NCBI GenBank assembly: GCA_963726255.1 | Contig: CAVSBL010000002.1 | Location: 1,056,001 to 1,120,000, forward strand | Source of the DNA: Candidatus Bathyarchaeota archaeon | Lineage (GTDB): Archaea; Thermoproteota; Bathyarchaeia; 40CM-2-53-6 | Length of the DNA: 64,000 nucleotides | Direction: 5' to 3' | Notes under the pieces: generated by a model | Databases searched by the model: none | Told to the model about the DNA's origin: nothing | Seen by the model: the letters and a program-made list of their open reading frames with translations, nothing else | In this document: positions 56,976 through 64,000 of the stretch, piece by piece | Layout of the letters: every line of letters starts with the position of its first letter | Position numbering within the stretch: the first letter of the stretch is position 1 | Translations under genes and position numbers: made by a program

Positions 56976-57788
56976 TTGCCGTGCACGGTAGAAATATTGT
57001 CGATTGGAAACGAACTCTTACTTGGGAATACGGTCAACACAAATGCTTCGTGGATAGCAGCCCAAGTCACTGGGCTTGGGGGTAGGGTAACTCGAATAAC
57101 GACGGTTGCCGACAATCTTGGCGAAATCTCTCGCTCCATAACCGAGGCATTAGGAAGGAAGCCCGTCTTCATAATCACAACGGGTGGCATAGGCCCTACT
57201 TTTGACGATATGACCCTCAAGGGCGTCGCAAAAGCCTTCCACTTGCGGATTGCATTGAGCACGGCGGCTGTACAAATGATTCGAGCCCATTACGCTCGAA
57301 GATTCCCCAGGCGAAGAATCACTTTAACAAAACCTCGCCTCAAAATGGCTTCAATCCCAGTCACGTCCGTCCCCGTAATCAACCCCGTTGGAACAGCCCC
57401 CGCGGTCCACTTGACCACGCGCAGCACAGAAATCTTCTGCTTACCAGGCGTGCCCAGCGAAGCAAAAGCGATCTTCAAAGGAACAATCTCCAAGGCTGTG
57501 AAAGCAAGGGCAAGCGGCATGATCTTCGTAGAAAAGTGGCTTAGAGTTCAAGGCGTTATGGAGTCTTCTCTTGCACCGCTTATCGACCGGGTGATGCACC
57601 GTTGGCAAGGGGTCTACGTAAAATCCCATCCGAGAGGAATAGAAGCAAGTGGCCGGCCGAACATTGAATTACACTTTTCAACATCCTCAACGTCGCCACT
57701 AAGGGCGAGGCGGTCTGTTTTTGGTGCAGTTAAGGACCTGAGAAAACAGCTTGAGAACTACGGTGCCCGAGTTACACCTTTAGCGTGA
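56976..57788 (+). CDS. CinA-like molybdopterin-binding domain protein
   Basis: IGNELLLG.TVNTNA, TTGGIGPTFDD, GTAP, LPGVPSE, VYVKSHP. Confidence 0.92.
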   Translation: MPCTVEILSIGNELLLGNTVNTNASWIAAQVTGLGGRVTRITTVADNLGEISRSITEALGRKPVFIITTGGIGPTFDDMTLKGVAKAFHLRIALSTAAVQMIRAHYARRFPRRRITLTKPRLKMASIPVTSVPVINPVGTAPAVHLTTRSTEIFCLPGVPSEAKAIFKGTISKAVKARASGMIFVEKWLRVQGVMESSLAPLIDRVMHRWQGVYVKSHPRGIEASGRPNIELHFSTSSTSPLRARRSVFGAVKDLRKQLENYGARVTPLA

Positions 57789-57846
57789 ACGCTGTCCGCG
57801 TCAGGTCGTAGTCAAAGTGCAGAACACGCATTATGTTATCCACAGT

Positions 57847-59670
57847 CTAAGAGAGCTTCCCGTACCGTTGGATATCTTCCTCTATAACCTTCAGGCTGCT
57901 CCGCCAGAAATCGGGCCTGTGCAGGTCAATGTCAAACCTCTTAGCCAGTTCCGCCGGCGTCGCTTCGCCAGTGCTGGCCAATAGCGCTTCATAGTCTTTC
58001 ACGAAGGGACGGCCGCGATCCACGTAGAGTGAATACAGCCCTGTCCCAAAGAGCAAGCCGAAAGCATACGGATAGTTGTAGAACGAAAACGACGGAATAT
58101 AGTAGTGACCCTTCCAAGCCCACATGTACTTGTGCAAGAAGCGTTCATCCAAGGCCTCGCCGTAAGTGGCCTTCTGGCATCTGAGCATAATCTCGCAAAA
58201 ATCATCCGCGGAAAGCTCAGAGTTGACACGGCGTTCGAAGACCTCTTTCTCGAACAGAAAACGGGAGGTTATGTCTACGATAACCTGAGTGGACCCGCTC
58301 AGCGAGGTTTCAAGGATTGCCAATTCCTCTTCGCGGCTTGAAGCCTCCTTTAGGGCTGCGTTAGCAATTATGGTCTCATTCATGATTGACGCGGTCTCAG
58401 CCAAGGTCATCGGTGTGATTCTTTGTAGCATCGTCTTGCCGACTAAGCATTCGTTATGGAAGGCGTGCCCTAGCTCATGGGCCACGGTCGAGACTTGGTC
58501 AAGTGACCCATCAAAATTGCACAGTACTCGTGACTCGTCCACTCCTGGGATGCCCATGCAGAATGCGCCTCCCCGTTTGCCGTTGCGCGGCTCTGCATCA
58601 ATCCAATGATTATCGAACGCTCTCTGCGCTAGCGCGGCCAAGCGGTCGCTGAAGCTGCGGAATTGAGTTATGATAAAGCCTACCGCTTCATCCCAAGTAT
58701 ATCGCCGGTCGCTTTTGCCAACAGGCGCGAATAGATCCGACCACGCAAGCTTCTCCTTGCCCAATAACTTGGCCTTGGTTAACAGGTATCGCCGAAAAAC
58801 TGGGAACGACTCCTCCATCACGGCCATTAATGTGTTCAGGGTTTCGCGGTCAATTCTTGAGGTGTCAAGTGAAGCATGAAGCGCGTCAACGCGGCCCCGT
58901 CTCTTATTCAGAGTGTTGGCGCTGCCTTTGACGCCGTTAAAGGCTCCGGCCAATGGTTCTCGTACGCTATCCCAAGCTGCCAGTTCGGCCTCGTAGGCAC
59001 GTCGGCGAACCTCTGGGTCGCGATGATGGTTAAGGTTCTGCAGCGCGGTGACCGGCATTTTCTGGGTTTTGCCATCTAATTCGAAGTCGACGGTGACCTG
59101 TGAGCAAATAGTTCCTTGCAGTTTGCCCCATGCGTTCGACCCGCTGAGTTCAAGTTCGGCTGCCAGAGATTCCTCCGGATCGCTCATCAGGAAACGGCTC
59201 TGTTCCGCCGTCTCACGAAGATAGAATGTATGAGCCTTAGCTGCGCCCTCCTGGGCCAATACAGCAGGTAGAACATCCCTAACGGTCCCAATCCAGCCCT
59301 TGAAGAGCACTTCTTGCTTCTGTAATCGGACACCCACCATCTCCAGTTCCGATTCTAACCTCTTTGCAACGGTGTTGTATGAATCGGTCGAAACGTACGA
59401 TGCCACGTACGCGTTAAGAGTGGCGAATAAGCGGAAGGCGGCGTTGGTAAGTGTCAAGTACTCGTCGATAACTGATTTCGCTTCTTTAGCAGTCACCTTT
59501 GATTTATCGGCCGTTGTCTTGGAAATCTTGTGCTCGACCAGGTAGACGTCGAGAGCGTCGATTTGGGCGGTCAGGCCGGCCGTAGCCTTCTTGAACTGCT
59601 CTGGCTCCAATGCCGGGAAGACGTTTGATAGATCCCATCGTGGTAACTTGCTGAAATTCTGACTTGCCAA
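57847..59670 (-). CDS. Oligoendopeptidase F (M3B)
   Basis: WDLSNVFP, KRGGAFC, AHELGHAFH, LAETAS, FYNYPYAFG. Confidence 0.95.
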   Translation of the reverse strand: MASQNFSKLPRWDLSNVFPALEPEQFKKATAGLTAQIDALDVYLVEHKISKTTADKSKVTAKEAKSVIDEYLTLTNAAFRLFATLNAYVASYVSTDSYNTVAKRLESELEMVGVRLQKQEVLFKGWIGTVRDVLPAVLAQEGAAKAHTFYLRETAEQSRFLMSDPEESLAAELELSGSNAWGKLQGTICSQVTVDFELDGKTQKMPVTALQNLNHHRDPEVRRRAYEAELAAWDSVREPLAGAFNGVKGSANTLNKRRGRVDALHASLDTSRIDRETLNTLMAVMEESFPVFRRYLLTKAKLLGKEKLAWSDLFAPVGKSDRRYTWDEAVGFIITQFRSFSDRLAALAQRAFDNHWIDAEPRNGKRGGAFCMGIPGVDESRVLCNFDGSLDQVSTVAHELGHAFHNECLVGKTMLQRITPMTLAETASIMNETIIANAALKEASSREEELAILETSLSGSTQVIVDITSRFLFEKEVFERRVNSELSADDFCEIMLRCQKATYGEALDERFLHKYMWAWKGHYYIPSFSFYNYPYAFGLLFGTGLYSLYVDRGRPFVKDYEALLASTGEATPAELAKRFDIDLHRPDFWRSSLKVIEEDIQRYGKLS

Positions 59671-59796
59671 GAACCTGTTCGCCTGTTTCTAGCATGCCCA
59701 GGGACCTCCATAATTGGTTTTGGCAACCAGAAATTTCCCGATAGTACTGCAAATAGCTTTGGACACCATCTAGCCGTGGCATAGAAGGGCTTCAGT

Positions 59797-60561
59797 GTGA
59801 CCAACACCGTGTTTATGGTTGGAATGGCCGGCTCCGGGAAGTCATCTCTCACGGCTGCGTATTCAGAATGGTTGAAGGAAAGCGACCAGGATGTTCTAAT
59901 AGCCAATTTCGACCCCGGAGCCACAGCCTTGCCCTATAATCCAGACATTGATGCACGCAAATACGTTGATGTCGAGAAATTGATGTTAGATTACAAACTC
60001 GGGCCGAATGGCGCGCTAATTATGGCCTCGGATTTGCTAGCCGACAACCTTGAGGAGATTCGGGGAGAAGTCCAAGACGCTAACCCCGACATACTCATTG
60101 TGGATACGCCGGGACAGATAGAGCTGTTCGCCTTCAGGGAGGGCGGGCGCTTCATTGCAAACCAACTGACGGATGAGAGCCGTGCAATAATCTATTTGAT
60201 GGATGCGCCCTTCACACGTTCCCCGCTTAACTTCATTTCAAGCGTATACCTAGCCGCAGCGATTTACAGTAGAATCACGCAACCCCAAATTTACGCCCTT
60301 TCTAAGGCGGACCTTGTCTCGGAGCAGGAGGTTGATACTATTGTCGCATGGGCAACTGAGCGCGAAGCCTTCGAGGAATCCTTGCAGACAGTACAGGAAC
60401 AGGACCTTTCAATGATTTCGAGGAACTTGGCGAATGCAGTTTTCGACGCTGGACTCTTGTCGGAGCCTATTCCAGTATCTTCGAAGGATAACTCGGGAAT
60501 GGTGGAACTCAATGCGGCTGTCACAAGAATTCTAACCGGCGGCGAGGAACAGTCCTCGTAA
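59797..60561 (+). CDS. GPN-loop GTPase
   Basis: GMAGSGKS, NFDPG, LGPNG, DTPGQIE. Confidence 0.95.
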   Translation: MTNTVFMVGMAGSGKSSLTAAYSEWLKESDQDVLIANFDPGATALPYNPDIDARKYVDVEKLMLDYKLGPNGALIMASDLLADNLEEIRGEVQDANPDILIVDTPGQIELFAFREGGRFIANQLTDESRAIIYLMDAPFTRSPLNFISSVYLAAAIYSRITQPQIYALSKADLVSEQEVDTIVAWATEREAFEESLQTVQEQDLSMISRNLANAVFDAGLLSEPIPVSSKDNSGMVELNAAVTRILTGGEEQSS

Positions 60562-60623
60562 TCATGCAAGATAATCATAATATCAACGAACATATGGCAA
60601 GAAGAATTCGGTTGAAGAGATAG

Positions 60624-61337
60624 TTGAGTCGTATGGCGCCCGCAGCCGTTGACCGGATTCTTCAGTCTGTGCGTGAGCAGAATCGGAGAGTCCTGCTCGA
60701 ACCTGAGGCCAAAGAACTTTGTCGAGCATACGGAATGCCGACACCAGCTTTTGGCGTAGCTCACAACCCTTCTGAAGCAGCAGAATTAGCGAATAAGGTT
60801 CAGTTCCCAGTGGTCCTGAAGGTTGTCTCGCAGGACATACTGCATAAGACCGAAGCTGGGGGAGTTTTGCTCGACCTGAATTCAAAGGAAGCGGTCGAAG
60901 ATGGGTATGGCCAAATCGTAGGCAAAGTTCGAGCCTACAACGAGAAGGCTCGAATCTCCGGTGTCCTCGTGCAGCACATGGCCCCCAAAGGTGTGGAAGT
61001 AATCGTCGGGGGTCTCCGGGATAGTCAGTTCGGTCCGACCGTCCTATTTGGGCTCGGTGGAATATTCGTGGAAGTCCTGAAGGACGCGAGTTTCAGGGTA
61101 GCCCCCTTAAGCGACCTCGACACCCGCCAGATGATCCGTGAGATTCGCGCCTATTCAATTCTGCAGGGCGTCAGAGGTCAACCTGCAGTAGATGAGGAAG
61201 CGATCATGCAAATTCTGCAGGCTACCTCAAAGGTCATGATGGAAAACGAAGCCATTCAGCAAATGGATCTCAACCCCGTGATAGTGTACGCAACGGGTGC
61301 CAGCGTAGTTGACGTTAGGATCATACTTGGCGAGTGA
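60624..61337 (+). CDS. Acetate--CoA ligase (ADP-forming) beta subunit
   Basis: EPEAK, FPVVLKVVS.DILHKTEAGGV, FGP..LFGLGGIFVE, DLNP. Confidence 0.92.
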   Translation: MSRMAPAAVDRILQSVREQNRRVLLEPEAKELCRAYGMPTPAFGVAHNPSEAAELANKVQFPVVLKVVSQDILHKTEAGGVLLDLNSKEAVEDGYGQIVGKVRAYNEKARISGVLVQHMAPKGVEVIVGGLRDSQFGPTVLFGLGGIFVEVLKDASFRVAPLSDLDTRQMIREIRAYSILQGVRGQPAVDEEAIMQILQATSKVMMENEAIQQMDLNPVIVYATGASVVDVRIILGE

Positions 61338-61507
61338 GGACACGACTATTCCACACAACCAATTATATAGAGCCGCCATCCTGTTTCACGCACCCCAAAC
61401 CGCGTGTTCACATTGAAGCTTATAGGCACCCGCGAAAAATCGCTTCCGTTCAGAGAATTCGCCCGTGTATCGGCGGGATGGAGGTACTTCGCCTAGGTGA
61501 GACTGGT

Positions 61508-62404
61508 ATGGCTTCTAGCACATCCCAGACGCCTGTCGACAATTTGTACCAAGAACTAGATGTACTTAAGGAGAAAAATGCTGCAAAAAGAGCCAAAATC
61601 AGCATCCTCAGAGGACAGATTGAAGAGACATTAAGGCAACGTGATGAATTCAACGCGGAAGTGAAGCACGTATCCGAAGAGGTAAGAAAACTCAAAGCGA
61701 AACGTGATTCACTGAACACGAAAGTAAAAGAACTCAAAGAAAAGAGGGACGCGCTACGAGGAGTGGCCGCCCAAAAGCGTGAAGCTCTTTCAAAGCTTCT
61801 CGAACAGGCTAGGCACATATCAGAGCAACTACAAGGGAACATGTCCGAACTTTCTAGACAGATCAAGGGGCTAGAATGGTTCATTCAGACCACGCCCCTT
61901 TCGACTAAAGCTGAAAGGAACATTGTGGCCAAGATCGGCGCGTTAGAAGTAGGTTTGCAAAAGCACAAGGGCCTGAGAAACGTGAAAGACAAGCTCTTAC
62001 GGTTGAGGATTGAAGTTGGGGCTCTGAGGATGCAGGCACAGGCCACTCACGAGGCACTAACGAAAGTAGCTGAAGAAAGCGAGAAGGTTCACACATCCAT
62101 GCAAGAACTCGTTAGGATTCTGGTAGAGAGAAAGAAGGAAGCAGACGTGAAACATTCGGAGTACGTACAAAGAAGCCAGGAACGGCACGACCTAGTCTCT
62201 GACCTAAAAGCAAACTTAGAGCGTATGGACAAGATTCGAGCTCAGATAGGTGAAGCTAAAACATTGCCGAAGCTGAAAGGCGAGGAATTGAAATCGAAGT
62301 ACAAGCAGGCAGCGAATGAGAAGCTTCGGACGGGTGGAAAGTTATCATTCGAAGAATTCCAAGCACTAATGGAAGACAGCGGTTCTGATGATGACGACGA
62401 ATAA
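61508..62404 (+). CDS. Archaeal coiled-coil protein
   Basis: Long heptad repeats, LEWFIQT, GGKLSFEEF tail; RBS AGGTGA. Confidence 0.85.
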   Translation: MASSTSQTPVDNLYQELDVLKEKNAAKRAKISILRGQIEETLRQRDEFNAEVKHVSEEVRKLKAKRDSLNTKVKELKEKRDALRGVAAQKREALSKLLEQARHISEQLQGNMSELSRQIKGLEWFIQTTPLSTKAERNIVAKIGALEVGLQKHKGLRNVKDKLLRLRIEVGALRMQAQATHEALTKVAEESEKVHTSMQELVRILVERKKEADVKHSEYVQRSQERHDLVSDLKANLERMDKIRAQIGEAKTLPKLKGEELKSKYKQAANEKLRTGGKLSFEEFQALMEDSGSDDDDE

Positions 62405-62422
62405 ATCCAGCGTTGATGGGTC

Positions 62423-63196
62423 ATGCCCAGAATTGCAATAATCGGAGGAAGTGGCCTCGAAGGTCTGCTTCAAGGCTCCCGCACACTTCAACTCGACACA
62501 CCGTATGGTCCTGCGCCTCCAATCTCCATAGGTACGGTCGGGAACGAGGAGGTTGCATTCCTCCCGAGACATGGGCCAAAGCACGACCTCCCGCCTCACA
62601 AAGTCAATTACAGGGCAAACCTGTCCGCGCTTAAACAACTTCAAGCGCAACGGGTCATAGCCACCAATGCAGTCGGCGCGATAAACGCAAGCTACGGCCC
62701 AGGCGACCTGGTCGTTGCTGAAGACATCTTGGATATGACGAAGTCCAGAACCTCAACGTACTTTGAGAGTGCACCTGTAACGCACATAGATGTCTCGCAA
62801 CCGTATTGCCCTGAACTCCGCAAGATCCTAATTGAATCTTGCAAAGGCTCCGGCGCGAAAACGTGGGACAGTGCGATCCTTGCAGCCACCGAGGGCCCGC
62901 GATATGAAACACCTGCAGAAATCCGAATGCTGCGCACACTGGGAGCCGATGTTGTTGGAATGACTGGAGCGCCTGAAGTTTTTCTTGCAAGGGAACAGGA
63001 GATGTGTTACTCGACGCTATGCTTCATCTCAAACCGCGCGGCCGGAATGCAAGAGAGGCTGTCAGCTAGGGAGGTCACGGAAATCGGAACGAGAGTCATG
63101 CCTGAGGTGCTCACCATTATACGTAAAGCTGTGGAACGCATCCCCAACGAGCGTAGATGCCCATGCACGAGGGCGATGGACCAAGCCCGAGTGTGA
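62423..63196 (+). CDS. mtnP: 5'-methylthioadenosine/purine nucleoside phosphorylase
   Basis: IAIIGGSG, TPYG, FLPRHG..H..PPH.VNYRAN, EGPRYETPAE, VGMT. Confidence 0.9.
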   Translation: MPRIAIIGGSGLEGLLQGSRTLQLDTPYGPAPPISIGTVGNEEVAFLPRHGPKHDLPPHKVNYRANLSALKQLQAQRVIATNAVGAINASYGPGDLVVAEDILDMTKSRTSTYFESAPVTHIDVSQPYCPELRKILIESCKGSGAKTWDSAILAATEGPRYETPAEIRMLRTLGADVVGMTGAPEVFLAREQEMCYSTLCFISNRAAGMQERLSAREVTEIGTRVMPEVLTIIRKAVERIPNERRCPCTRAMDQARV

Positions 63197-63200
63197 ACCA

Positions 63201-63983
63201 ATGTTACCCACCCTCCTCAAGGCAATAGGCGCCTACACCGTCTATGAGAAGTGGCTCGGGGACCAAATCGCTTCAGACACGGTACCGGAACACGTTGGCA
63301 TAATACTTGACGGTAACAGGAGATGGGGCATAGAGAAATACGGCGACAGGCTCGACGGCCACTTATACGGCGCACGAACCGGAGAAGATTTCCTGGAATG
63401 GTGTTTGGACCTTGGCATTAAGACAGTAACGCTCTACGTTTTCTCCACTGAAAACTTCCAAAGACCCAGAGAAGAGGTGGACACAATACTCAAGTTGATT
63501 GAGGACGAAGCCAGGAAACTCATAACAGACCGGAGAATTCACGAGCATAAGGTGCACGTCAAAGCGATTGGCCGCATTGAACTACTGCCTGAATCACTAA
63601 GAAGGGTCCTCGATGAGGTGGAGAAGGCGACAGCGGCATATGACGAGCATTACCTGAACATTGCCGTGGCCTATGGTGGGCGCGCTGAAATTGTTGACGC
63701 CGCGAAGAGGATAATTGACGAGGTCAAAAGTGGCTCGTTGGATGAAGAGGCAGTTGATGAGGACATGTTCCGCAAATACCTGTACACCTCGCACCTTCCA
63801 AACCCCTACCCGGAGCTCATAATTCGCACATCAGGCGAAGAACGACTCAGCGGATTCCTGCTCTGGCAAGCAGCCTACAGCGAATTCGTCTTCTTAGACG
63901 TCTTCTGGCCTGAATTCCGCCGCATAGACCTACTAAGAGCCGTACGGACATACCAACGGCGAAAACGCAGATTTGGCAACTAG
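63201..63983 (+). CDS. uppS: Polyprenyl (undecaprenyl) diphosphate synthase
   Basis: HVGIILDGNRRW, FSTENFQR, YGGRAEI, IRTSGEERLSGFLLWQ, RRFG. Confidence 0.96.
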   Translation: MLPTLLKAIGAYTVYEKWLGDQIASDTVPEHVGIILDGNRRWGIEKYGDRLDGHLYGARTGEDFLEWCLDLGIKTVTLYVFSTENFQRPREEVDTILKLIEDEARKLITDRRIHEHKVHVKAIGRIELLPESLRRVLDEVEKATAAYDEHYLNIAVAYGGRAEIVDAAKRIIDEVKSGSLDEEAVDEDMFRKYLYTSHLPNPYPELIIRTSGEERLSGFLLWQAAYSEFVFLDVFWPEFRRIDLLRAVRTYQRRKRRFGN

Positions 63984-64000
63984 AAAGACGAAGGCCGGCC

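Overview
Archaeal chromosomal segment, most consistent with a TACK/Bathyarchaeia-like genome: thermosome, KEOPS Cgi121, ABCE1, GPN GTPase, presenilin, BHB-intron tRNAs and many TTG/GTG starts. About 65 CDS, mostly housekeeping, including grpE-dnaK-dnaJ, thermosome, prs, nth, sdhCD, sua5, mtnP and uppS. There are two accessory regions. (1) 1-5.8 kb holds IS6-family transposase remnants, a truncated MTase/Mrr gene, three similar single-TM cargo proteins and a frameshifted htpX. (2) About 31-37.7 kb is an integration hotspot downstream of tRNA-Ile(CAT), with about 8 co-oriented tRNA 3'-end copies, a decayed tyrosine integrase, a duplicated 142-bp structured element and a PAS/hemerythrin/cupin cassette. 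The main findings are a tRNA-Glu(CTC) gene interrupted by four BHB introns (10/11, 20/21, 37/38, 59/60), a gNOR-type heme-copper oxidase superfamily pair, and several micro-ORFs missing from the ORF track. All calls come from reading the sequence; no database searches were run.
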